Source: a bacterium
Lineage (GTDB): Bacteria > Hinthialibacterota > Hinthialibacteria > Hinthialibacterales > Hinthialibacteraceae
Assembly: GCA_963662285.2 (NCBI GenBank)
Contig: CAXXMV010000002.1
Coordinates: forward strand, 352,001 to 416,000
Direction of reading: 5' to 3'
DNA length: 64,000 nucleotides
Shown: positions 37,653 through 47,700 of the stretch, piece by piece
How positions within the stretch are numbered: position 1 is the first letter of the stretch
Layout of the letters: each line of letters begins with the position of its first letter
Notes under the pieces: model-generated
What the model saw: the letters and a program-made list of their open reading frames with translations, nothing else
Told to the model about the DNA's origin: nothing
Database searches by the model: none
Made by a program: the position numbers and the translations under genes

Positions 37653-38969
37653 ATGAACAAAGATAATCGACGCCATTTTCTCAAAACAACTGTCGGTGCT
37701 GCCGCCGCCATGAATCTCATTATCAGAGACTCTGCTCAAGCCGAAGCTAATGATACTATCAATGTTGCAGTCGTTGGCGTAAATGGCCGTGGCAAAGACC
37801 ATATCAAAGGCCAAGAGGGCGCCAATGGAGCGCAGGTCGTTGCGCTTTGCGATATTGATGAAAACGTATTAAAGGAACGCGCCGCCTCTTTCAAGGAAAA
37901 TTATGGACGAGAAGTAAAGACGTTCACAGATTACCGCGAACTGCTGAAAGACAAGGATATCGACGCCGTCTCTATCGCTACGCCTAACCACTGGCATTCA
38001 CTCCAGGCCATTTGGGCCTGCCAGGCCGACAAAGACGTCTATGTTGAAAAACCTCTTTCGCATAACGTCTATGAAGGCCGCCAACTGGTTAACGCCGCCC
38101 GCAAATACAAAAAAATCGTCCAGCATGGAACCCAGAGCCGAAGCAACAAAGGCATGCAGCAAGCCATGCAACTGCTGCATGAAGGCGTTATCGGCGACGT
38201 CTATTACGCCAAAGGCCTGTGCTACAAATGGCGGGATACTATTGGTAAAGCCAAACTCGGTCAAAAGGTTCCGAAGGGCGTCAACTATGATTTATGGCTT
38301 GGGCCAGCTCCTGAACGCGAATACACCTCAAACCGTCTTCATTATAAATGGCATTGGCATTGGGATTATGGCAATGGCGACATAGGCAACCAGGGCGTTC
38401 ACCAGTTTGATATCGCCCGTTGGGGCTTACAGGTCGGACTGCCGGAAATGACCTCTTGCATTGGTGGAAAATTCATGTTCGAGGATGATCAGGAAACCCC
38501 CAATTGCATGGTCGCCACCTACAAATACCCTAAAGAAAACAAAATGATGGTATTCGAAGTGCGCCACTGGATGACCAATCCTGAAATGGGCGGCAATCCC
38601 GGCGGTAATGTAGTCGGTAATATCTTCCTCGGTTCCAAGGGATGGATGATCTGCCCCAGTTACGACAGTTTTAAGGTCTTCCTGGGCAAAGACGGTAAAC
38701 CCGGACCATCTGGCAGAGAAGGCGGCAACCATTTCCAAAACTTCATCGATTGCGTCAAAAACCGCAAAGTAGAAGACCTCAACGCTGATGTTGAAGAGGG
38801 TCACCTTTCCTCATCTCTGTGCCATCTGGCTAATGTGGCCTATCGTGCGCAACGCGTTATCAATCTCGATACAGCTAAAGAAATCGCTATTGGCGACAAA
38901 GAAGCCAACGACATGATGGCTGATCAGGACCGTAAGTACCGTAAGCCTTTTGCTCTTCCTCAAATCTAA
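37653..38969 (+). CDS. Tat-exported Gfo/Idh/MocA oxidoreductase
   Basis: Twin-arginine NRRHFLK, VVGVNGRG, IATPNHWH, DVYVEKP, WLGPAP, GNQGVHQFD. Likely ATG at 37653. Confidence 0.9.
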   Translation: MNKDNRRHFLKTTVGAAAAMNLIIRDSAQAEANDTINVAVVGVNGRGKDHIKGQEGANGAQVVALCDIDENVLKERAASFKENYGREVKTFTDYRELLKDKDIDAVSIATPNHWHSLQAIWACQADKDVYVEKPLSHNVYEGRQLVNAARKYKKIVQHGTQSRSNKGMQQAMQLLHEGVIGDVYYAKGLCYKWRDTIGKAKLGQKVPKGVNYDLWLGPAPEREYTSNRLHYKWHWHWDYGNGDIGNQGVHQFDIARWGLQVGLPEMTSCIGGKFMFEDDQETPNCMVATYKYPKENKMMVFEVRHWMTNPEMGGNPGGNVVGNIFLGSKGWMICPSYDSFKVFLGKDGKPGPSGREGGNHFQNFIDCVKNRKVEDLNADVEEGHLSSSLCHLANVAYRAQRVINLDTAKEIAIGDKEANDMMADQDRKYRKPFALPQI

Positions 38970-39016
38970 TTGCATCTGTCGTGAATTAGGTTTTAAGGTT
39001 ATGATATAATTCAATC

Positions 39017-39050
39017 CGGCCCATGGGAAACCGTGGGCCGTTTTTAATTT
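39017..39050 (+). terminator. Rho-independent terminator
   Basis: CGGCCCATGG-GAAA-CCGTGGGCCG followed by TTTTT. Confidence 0.8.
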
Positions 39051-39316
39051 TTGCAGCAATTTACAATAAATTACATTATTTCACGCTATAATCGGGAAAC
39101 ATTATCTTAACGGTTTTAACAAAATATGATAAGAAATATGATAGAGAAGGGTGGCAAGGGCAAGACCGCATTGCGGTCAGCCCTTGATCAAGCCACCCAA
39201 TATAACTTGAAGGCGAAAAGCATAATACTCTTCGGCAAAACAGGTTGCACAGTTTACTTTTTGTAAGTGATCTTATAATAACATTTCTGATTTGCATAAA
39301 ACATAGGATATTAAAT

Positions 39317-41170
39317 ATGATCGATGTAGTGGTTGGCGACAATAACGATAAAAACCGGGAACCGAATTTTACTGATGAAATACAACCCGATACTCCTGAA
39401 TCAACAGGATCACCCGAAGAACCTCCAAAGAAAATCAAGCGAAAAAGATCGATGCACAGCAACGCGCTTCTACTTTTCACCGCTGGACTCACCATATATA
39501 TATTTCTGGCAATTTTAAGCATCAATAACAAATACGTCGATTTCGGTGATGGAAATTATCTGTATATATCATGGCGTATAACCGAGGGCGATCTGCTCTA
39601 TAAAGACTTGCCCAGCCCTCAGCCGCCGCTGTTGCTCTTCCTGGGCGCCTTCTGGCTGAACCTGTTGGATGGCGATCCCACCCTGGTTCGACTGTGGCAG
39701 GTGTTGCAGCACGCCCTGACCGCCTGCTGCATCTGGGGCATCGCCGCACAACTTTTTAAGCGGCCCATATTTTCGGCCTGGGCGGCTTGCATCTACCTAT
39801 TTCTACCCGAAGGGGTCTGGTGGTCAGCGGGATTCCAATCAGAACCATTGCTGATTCTTCTGTTATGTTTTAATCTGCTGATATTCATCAAGGCGGTTCA
39901 GGAGGATAAGCCCACCATTGGCTTATACGCCTCAGCATTTATCGCGGCGCTATGTTGCTACACCAACATGACGGCGCTGCCCTATATTCTGCTGCAATGG
40001 TTCTTTGTAGGCTTTAGGTTCAGGCGGTTTTTTATCCGCTACAGCCTGGCGTTGATGATTCCCGGCATTATTATATTCATCGTCATGTGGTTCTACAGCC
40101 AGGGGCTATATATCGAGCATGTATTCTTCCGCCAGGTCGGAACCTATCCCAACGAATCAATATTTCAAACAATAAAATATTTCCTATTCAAACTATATGC
40201 CGAAGGCGGCGATATCGTATTCTATGAAGGCGGGTTTCTCTTCGCGGCAATGGCGGGAATACTGTTGTACACCAGTGAAGACGGCAAAGATCCGGTTATC
40301 GAATATGTTCTATGGTGGGCGGTTTTCTCCATAGGTTCGATAATCTTCGTCACCAAAGGCGGCACGGTTGAATACATCTTCACCCTCGGCGAGCCAGCCG
40401 TAGCTCTTTTCTCAGCTTATTTCCTACTTACTCTTTTCGCCGCTTCCGGCATCAGTTTCCGTTTAAGTTCTTTCCGCCACACCATGAAACTTGGTAAATG
40501 CACTATGATCATTTGCCTGCTGTTGCCCGTTTTAATGATCAAGCCGCTATCGCTGTTATATCGAACCTTCTCTAATGGCCCTATCGACCTAAGCGAATTT
40601 GGTTATGGAGAGCAAGGTGTTTTTGAGGTATCCGGACCGAAAATGGATGAAGCTGCTTTATTTATCCAAAGTTATTGCCCACCCAATAAAACCATGATCG
40701 CTCCTCCCTATTACGCTTTTCTGGCCAAGCGCAAATTGGCCGAAAATTCTTCATCATTATTTATTCTGGGTCATGCCTATTACACCGAGTGGGAACGTTT
40801 AGCAAAATCACGCGACCTTAATTTCGATCTACCTGATCGCAATGAGGCGAAAATGTACAATAAAGAAGGAACCGACTATAACAAAGAAGGAACCCATTAT
40901 AATACTCAAGCCATCTATGACCTTGACGCGCTGTTCAAACAAGAGCCGCAACTGCGCCAGGAATATCCTGCAATAGCCCTATTTCTCGATATGCGCGATC
41001 AGATCAGAAATAAAGAGGTCGGCTTAATAGCGCAAAACATGCGCCACTTTTTCTTCTACGTCCCCCCGCTCCATCAGGCCATACGGGATTTCTGTAAACC
41101 TATGAAACCGGAACTACAATTAAATCTAAAAAACCGCGAAGAAAAAATCGTCTTCTATCAGGTGATTTAG
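39317..41170 (+). CDS. GT-C (ArnT/PMT-like) polytopic membrane glycosyltransferase
   Basis: DFGDGNYLY-x-SW...G-x-LLYKD...QPPLL after the first TM helix, then many TM helices. Start uncertain (39245/39317/39329). Confidence 0.72.
   Translation: MIDVVVGDNNDKNREPNFTDEIQPDTPESTGSPEEPPKKIKRKRSMHSNALLLFTAGLTIYIFLAILSINNKYVDFGDGNYLYISWRITEGDLLYKDLPSPQPPLLLFLGAFWLNLLDGDPTLVRLWQVLQHALTACCIWGIAAQLFKRPIFSAWAACIYLFLPEGVWWSAGFQSEPLLILLLCFNLLIFIKAVQEDKPTIGLYASAFIAALCCYTNMTALPYILLQWFFVGFRFRRFFIRYSLALMIPGIIIFIVMWFYSQGLYIEHVFFRQVGTYPNESIFQTIKYFLFKLYAEGGDIVFYEGGFLFAAMAGILLYTSEDGKDPVIEYVLWWAVFSIGSIIFVTKGGTVEYIFTLGEPAVALFSAYFLLTLFAASGISFRLSSFRHTMKLGKCTMIICLLLPVLMIKPLSLLYRTFSNGPIDLSEFGYGEQGVFEVSGPKMDEAALFIQSYCPPNKTMIAPPYYAFLAKRKLAENSSSLFILGHAYYTEWERLAKSRDLNFDLPDRNEAKMYNKEGTDYNKEGTHYNTQAIYDLDALFKQEPQLRQEYPAIALFLDMRDQIRNKEVGLIAQNMRHFFFYVPPLHQAIRDFCKPMKPELQLNLKNREEKIVFYQVI
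40856..40903 (+). repeat. In-frame 21-bp tandem duplication (YNKEGTD-YNKEGTH-YN)
   Basis: TACAATAAAGAAGGAACCGAC / TATAACAAAGAAGGAACCCAT / TATAAT. Confidence 0.85.
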
Positions 41171-41301
41171 ATAGATAGGTGTAAAAACGTACTGATTCGT
41201 GAATATAAAAAGCCATATAGGATAATCTTTTTATAAGACCAAACATGAAAATAAACGAACATGCTTTTAAGAATCGCTCTAGTGAATAATGGGGATTAAT
41301 T

Positions 41302-43173
41302 GTGGTTGAAGGATGGGTCTGCTTGTCAGAATCAGGTAGGGCGCTGTTAGATGTTAATCTGGCGGCATTGCATGAAACTCAACCTTCGCTGATTCAGGTC
41401 ATCGAACAGCAAAAGAACAGGACGGATATTTTACTCAAGCCATTCGATAAGGGATTCTATCTGTGTAAATATCTGGTTGACGGCAAAGAAATCTCCATTC
41501 ATGACGCAGCAAATGTAATTCCTCACGCCTCTCAATTTTGTCAATCAATTCTGCACTCCTTCGATCAGGGCGCCTGGCTGGTTATGGCTCATGGCGCAGG
41601 ACTGGGTTACGCCATTCACCAGGCGTCAATTCAACTGGAAACCAAACGGCGCGGCGAACCGAAAGGCATTATATGTCTGGAAAAAAACGCTGGATTATTA
41701 TGCGCCGCGTTTTCTCTTTTTGATTTTACTATTCCCATTGGTACGGGGCGCATTCTGTGGGCGGTGGGTGATAGTTGCCAAGAACAATTATGCGCCCTCT
41801 GTCTGGATCACCATCTGGAGACGCTTGATAGAAAACAGATTCATGTTTTATCAGCGCTCAAATCAGAGATTGACTCTAATGCCAAAAAAGAATTAGAAGA
41901 GACGCTGCAATCATTTTGGCGTGAGCATCAATCGCTAAGAGAAGCATATTTTCAAAAACTAAAACAAGCCGATCAATATTGGTCTAATCCATCATCTGAG
42001 ATCAGCAAAGTCTGGACCCACTTCAACACTGATCGGGGCGGCGCCGAAATGCTGGTTGGATTGATAGATGGCTTTAATGAGTCGGGTCTCAAAACGCGGG
42101 CGCCGATGATGAAAGACCGGCTCTTTACCCGCTTCTATCGAGTAGCTGCGGATTTCTTCGATTTTCATCCTGACCTGATTCTATCCCAAAATCATTCTTC
42201 GGATTACATGGCGTCATTCGCGCAACAAATCCCAATTCCCCGCGCCGTATGGTACGTGGATGATCCTGCCAATATGGCCAATATCCCGTTTAATCAATAT
42301 GACCGCATCTTCTCGGTGTCTGATTCGTTTGTGAATGAAATAGAAGATAGAGGCGGGAATTTTACCGGCATCCTGCATCCTGCCGCTCCCGGTATTCTCA
42401 CTCCACCACAGAAACAAGATTGGCGTTTCCAGGCGTCTTATGTTGGATCGGTGCATGATAATCGAAAAATTCTGGATGGCATCCCAAGTGAGATTCGCGA
42501 ATGTCTTGAGAACGCAATTCTGAAAATGCAAAAAAATCATTTGAATACTGATATACCTAAAGCGATTTCTCAATTGTTGGAAGTGGATCAGATTAATCTG
42601 TTGGCCGGGATGCTGGCTGCATTAATTCCAAAAGCCCGTTATATGAATTCAGCCCAGACGGTGCAATATTTCATATATATGGAAGCCAACACCCGGAGGC
42701 GGGTTGAAGCCATTTCTCTCCTGGATGATATAGAAGGTCTGGCAATATATGGTCAATCTGCGTGGAAAGAACTACTCCCGACTCAGCGACTCAAGAAAGC
42801 CTATTACGGATCGATTGATTCACGCAATGACCTGTTGGAACTCTACCGCACAACAAAAATCAACCTCTGTTTCAACAGTCTTCAGGGATTCGGATTCATT
42901 AATCCACGCTTGTTTGATGTCCCTTCTGCGGGAGGATTTATTCTGGCTGAGTGGGTTGCGTTGCTTTCCAGCATCTTTGCAGACGAATCAGAATGCGTAT
43001 GGTACAAATCTATGATTGAAATGAAAAACAAGATTATAAATTATCTGGATGATGATGAGAAACGTTTGGATATAATTCGTAAGGCTCAATTGCGAATACT
43101 TGAAAAGCATACTTATAAACATCGTGCGCAAACCTTGTTGAAAGCGCTCAATTCTCAAGAGAAGAACCTATGA
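41302..43173 (+). CDS. CgeB-like glycosyltransferase (Glyco_trans_1_2) with N-terminal Rossmann-like domain
   Basis: HGAGLGY, CLEK, WYVDDP, SYVGS, TKINLCFN, NPRLFDVPSAGGFIL, HTYKHR. Same architecture as 24320-26104. Confidence 0.8.
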   Translation: MVEGWVCLSESGRALLDVNLAALHETQPSLIQVIEQQKNRTDILLKPFDKGFYLCKYLVDGKEISIHDAANVIPHASQFCQSILHSFDQGAWLVMAHGAGLGYAIHQASIQLETKRRGEPKGIICLEKNAGLLCAAFSLFDFTIPIGTGRILWAVGDSCQEQLCALCLDHHLETLDRKQIHVLSALKSEIDSNAKKELEETLQSFWREHQSLREAYFQKLKQADQYWSNPSSEISKVWTHFNTDRGGAEMLVGLIDGFNESGLKTRAPMMKDRLFTRFYRVAADFFDFHPDLILSQNHSSDYMASFAQQIPIPRAVWYVDDPANMANIPFNQYDRIFSVSDSFVNEIEDRGGNFTGILHPAAPGILTPPQKQDWRFQASYVGSVHDNRKILDGIPSEIRECLENAILKMQKNHLNTDIPKAISQLLEVDQINLLAGMLAALIPKARYMNSAQTVQYFIYMEANTRRRVEAISLLDDIEGLAIYGQSAWKELLPTQRLKKAYYGSIDSRNDLLELYRTTKINLCFNSLQGFGFINPRLFDVPSAGGFILAEWVALLSSIFADESECVWYKSMIEMKNKIINYLDDDEKRLDIIRKAQLRILEKHTYKHRAQTLLKALNSQEKNL

Positions 43174-43838
43174 AGCCTTTGTTATCCATATTGCGCTCCA
43201 AGTGGTTGTGGGGGATAGGCCTCGCTTTCTTTGTATTATTCATCTGCTTTTGCTGTACTTTTCCCACTCGAACTCCGGCGATGAATCCTACGATAAAACA
43301 ATTTGTTCAGGAACATACGCCCGGTTCAGAAATAGACTTATTTAATGGAAAAGATTTATCAGGTTGGGATATTCATGGTTTTGGAAAGTGGAGCGTCAAA
43401 GATGGCGTATTGTCCGCCAAACGTGGTATTGGTTATCTCTCTACTCAATACAGCGAATTTGAGGACATTATTATATCAGTGCAAATTCGTATTAGCGCAA
43501 AAGGAAACAGCGGCGTCTTCTTTCGTGCGCAACACCCCGGTTTAGGTTTTCGTCCTTGGCCGGTTGGTTATGAGGCTCAAGTCGATAACCATGACGCAAA
43601 GAACCTGACTGGCAGTCTCTATGACAGAGTAAGCGCAGTAAAACAATATGCTAAAGATGATGAATGGTTTGATATGAGGATTGCCGTGATTGGCGCTAAC
43701 ATAAAAATTCAAGTTAATGGTGAAACAGTAGTCGATGCAACCGATTCATCTTTTTCTAAAGGTTTTATCGCCTTGCAAGCGCATGATGTTTTCTCACGCG
43801 TCGAATATAGGAATATAAAATTAAGCATACCCGATTAA
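43170..43838 (+). CDS. DUF1080 (3-keto-disaccharide hydrolase-like) protein
   Basis: LFNGKDLSGW, GNSGVFFR, GYEAQV, TGSLY, GFIALQAH, VEYRNIK. Confidence 0.92.
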   Translation: MKPLLSILRSKWLWGIGLAFFVLFICFCCTFPTRTPAMNPTIKQFVQEHTPGSEIDLFNGKDLSGWDIHGFGKWSVKDGVLSAKRGIGYLSTQYSEFEDIIISVQIRISAKGNSGVFFRAQHPGLGFRPWPVGYEAQVDNHDAKNLTGSLYDRVSAVKQYAKDDEWFDMRIAVIGANIKIQVNGETVVDATDSSFSKGFIALQAHDVFSRVEYRNIKLSIPD

Positions 43839-43858
43839 GCGTATTTTAAAATACCACT

Positions 43859-44437
43859 CTAAATCTTACTTATTGCTTTATTGTAAGAGTAATCAAAGAG
43901 TAGTTCCCATTCAGAACGCTGTATCTGCTGGCATAATCTTTCTATTGGAGTCTTCTTTCCGCAATTTTGGTTGCATAGATCCGCAAAAGCCGACGCATTC
44001 CAGATACCTCCACTATCCGTGAAAATATCAGGCGCATCCTTTACTTTCAGTGATAAATCATGGGCGATACTGTATAATTGAATAAAAATGGGGTGAGTTG
44101 GTACTTTCGAAAACCAATATTTCGCATTTGAATAATCAGCTTCGCGTCGGTGTATGATCCCATGTAGATAGCTGCTGGTAGTTGAGGGAATGGTTTGGAC
44201 AATCGAATGTGATTCTTCCAGGTAATCGTGGTAAATCCAAATACATGCAATACATATGCAAACCATGTATTGGTCGGATGCCTGCTCATGCTGGAGAATA
44301 TTATTGACTGAAAGTCCATTCAACGCGGGGCGCATTGTTTCGTTCGGTGTTCCTGGCCCTAAATCGAATACCCGATTCTCTCTTAAGAATTGATGGATGT
44401 TGGATCCATAGGCGTTTGGATTGAATACTAGCGGCAT
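43859..44437 (-). CDS. Conserved hypothetical protein
   Basis: WIYHDYLEESHSIVQ...YLHGIIHRREADYSNAKYWF...EWELLF, recalled as a conserved uncharacterised family (PVC-type bacteria). Confidence 0.7.
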   Translation of the reverse strand: MPLVFNPNAYGSNIHQFLRENRVFDLGPGTPNETMRPALNGLSVNNILQHEQASDQYMVCICIACIWIYHDYLEESHSIVQTIPSTTSSYLHGIIHRREADYSNAKYWFSKVPTHPIFIQLYSIAHDLSLKVKDAPDIFTDSGGIWNASAFADLCNQNCGKKTPIERLCQQIQRSEWELLFDYSYNKAISKI

Positions 44438-44772
44438 ATTAACAGGACCTAATCAAATTATTGGGGGATCATGTATTTGTCGATCTAGACTCATTATAGA
44501 GTAATATGGATTCGATCCAATATGGATATTAGATTTAAGCTTAAAACATAGATATTTATCCATTGTTCGCCTATATTCTTTATAGAGCGGTTCTTGAAAT
44601 TATGATGTTGTTGATTCTTTGTCCTGATAATTGATGCGCCTTCAGGATTGAGCCTTAATATCCAGGGCAAACTATGATATACAGGATATTGTTATGTAAT
44701 TACATTATTTACTATATAATTCGCAAAATTAGTATAGAATAATTTCGGGCAGAGAAATTAACGTTTTTCATC

Positions 44773-47700
44773 ATGTTAGATATCCTTACTTCTATGAGAT
44801 ATACATTGGGCGTTGCGTACGGCATCTTGTTTTCACTACGATTTAGAAATCGATGGATTTTCTTAATCATTATCTCCTGTTTCTTAGCTGATTCATTATT
44901 TGCAGATATAAACAACCTCACCCATCGTGCGTTTTATCCTTCTGACGGATTGGCGTACGAAGTAGTCCGCGATATCTATAAAACTCCTGATGGAGTGGTT
45001 TGGTTTGCGACATGGGGCGGTGGAATATCATCGCTGGACAAAACCAAATGGAAGACATATACAACAAAGAATGATCTTCCTTCTAATGATGTCCGCGTCC
45101 TCATGGTTGATAGTTATGAGAATCTTTGGGCTGGAACGGCTGATGGGATGGCGGTATTGCATCAAGGTAAATGGACTAAAATTCTATGCGATATTTATAA
45201 TGATTTTCTCTTTAATATTTTTTCTATCACAGAAATACATCCAGGTACTATCTGGATCGGTCTAGAGAAAGGCTTTATCCTGCAATATAAATGGTCTAAT
45301 GATGCCTCGCTAAAAGATTCATCTCCCTCATTCCTAAATGGTTCTTGGACTTTAATTCTGAATCCAAAAGATAGCGGCGATCAGGATATTCGTGATATCA
45401 GGCGAATGAAAAATGGGGAGATATGGGTTGCATTAGAATTCGGTGGGATTCTTGTTTATGCTGATCAGCAATGGCGATTGCTTGATGGTATTAAATGTCC
45501 CAAGAGTGCACGATCAATATTTCAGAGACGAGATGGCTCCATTTGGGTGGCTACTGATGGAAGCCTATGTAAATATGATGGGTGTGATTGGGAAATTATT
45601 TTAGATGATGATTCCGAGACTTTGTACGTTTCTGAAACTGTGAATGGTGAATTGTGCGTCGGGGGGAAAACGGGATTCAAAATATATAGTAATGAAACAT
45701 GGCTCCAACCGGCATTTGTAAGAGATATTCCTTATCCTTATATCGAGTCGATAAGTTGTTTTGATGATGGAACTATATGGCTTGGCTCTCGATATGGCGC
45801 TCATCTCTTATCTTATTGCTCATGGTTTTTGTATAATCATCTCACTGATGGCGCCTCCCTCAATGGAAATGTATTTTACGCTGATCCTGACACGCCTCCG
45901 GCTGCAGTGGATAGTGAGGGGAGGTTGCAGCGTTTTTTAAATGATGCATGGACGCCTACGGCTTTTCTGGGCGCTGACGTTAAAGAGGCTAAAGAATCTA
46001 CCAAGGCCTATGATGGGAGAATATGGATACTCTCCGGTGATAAAGTGGTGCAGGTTTCATTGACTGATAATATCCTTCTTCAATCAGTTAAAATTCCTGA
46101 AGAAAAGAGCCTTAGCCATCACCTTTTCCAATCGAGTAAGGGACGATTATTTTTATATGGCAAGAAAGGCGCATACGAATTTGTGGATAATGCCTGGATT
46201 CCTCAGCCATCTTATCCCTTTTACGAACGGAAATCCCTCTTATGTATGGAGGAGACCGAAGATGGTTCTATCATCGCAGGATTGGATTTTTCTTTTGAAA
46301 TTTGGCGTAGTGATAAATATGAGGAGATTGATTTAGAGGAAGGCAAGAGAGTCTTGCATCCCTTATGGACCTCATATCGTGACAAATCCAATACTTTATG
46401 GTTCGGAACCTCTGGTTCAGGAGTGATTCAGTATAAGGATGGCGCCGTCTCTCAGCATATAACAACAGAGGATGGTCTTATTAGCAACCGTATCTCGTGT
46501 TTTTATGAAGCTTCGGATAATGCGTTGTGGGTGGGATCTTTTGCTTTAGGCGTATCGTTTTTATACGATAATCGCTGGGTGAACTATACCCGTTCGGATG
46601 GTTTGGCTAATGATCGCGTCATGGCAATTGGAGAATATCCCAAAGGAGTCATCTGGATTTCGGTTAATAATGCGGGAATTTTTCGCAATAATTACTCAAC
46701 TGACGCTCCTGAAGCAAAGATTGAAAAATATCCTACACAAGTATTTCCCAATGGCCGGGGGATTTTTTATGTATCAGGTATTGATGCATGGAAAAAGACC
46801 AAACAATCTGATTTATTCTTTTCCTGGCGCATCGTACCTAATAAGGCTGAATCAAGTATAATTCCCTGGTCTTCCTTTAATAAAGAATCCGTTATTGTCA
46901 CTCATCGCCTTAATCCGGGAGAATATATTTTTCAAGTTCGCGTCGCAGACTCTGATCGGAACATTGATCCTACTCCCGCAGAAGTTCATTTTGTGACGCT
47001 GCCTTACTTATGGCAGACAGCGGAGTTTCTGTTGCCGGTGTCTCTGTTGTTTATGATTGCTGTAACTGCTGTTTATATAGGGATTCAAAAGCGCTATGCA
47101 ATGCTTGAATCTGAAAAAAAATATCGCGAACTCGTCGAATCAATTGATGATATCGTTTATTCGACGGATGAAAGTGGAATCATTACATACATCAGTCCCG
47201 CCGTTGAAGATTCAGTGGGATACAAGCCTTCTCAGTTAATCGGACAATCTTTTGACTGTTTTGTTCATGAAGAGGATCGAGAGAATATATACCAAGGTTT
47301 TAAAAGCCTGCTTGATGGTAATATCAAAGCTGGAGAATATCGGTTTATCTGCCGTTCGGGCGAGATTATCTGGTTGCGAACCTCTTCTCATCCCACTTAC
47401 GAGAATGATCGTATTGTAGGTGTAAGCGGTATTGCCGCTAATATCACGGATAGAAAAATGGCGGAAGATGCCCTGCAAAAAGCTAAGGATGAACTGAGTA
47501 AACGCGTTGTTGAAAGGACGGCTGAATTATTAAATGCTAACATGACTCTCAAAGAGGAGATTCTGGTTCGTCAACAAGCCCAAATTGATTTGGAAAGAAG
47601 CGAAAAGAAATTTCGAACTTTATTTGATCATGCTGGTGATGATATTTTTATTCTTGATTTTGAAAGACGCATCCTTGAAGCAAACCAGGGCGTCTGTCTT

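Noticed and set aside
39076-39531. 151-aa minus-strand ORF and other long antisense ORFs (e.g. 16138-16770, 32735-33298, 55578-55973)
   Set aside because: They are shadows of well-supported genes on the opposite strand and show no recognisable motifs.
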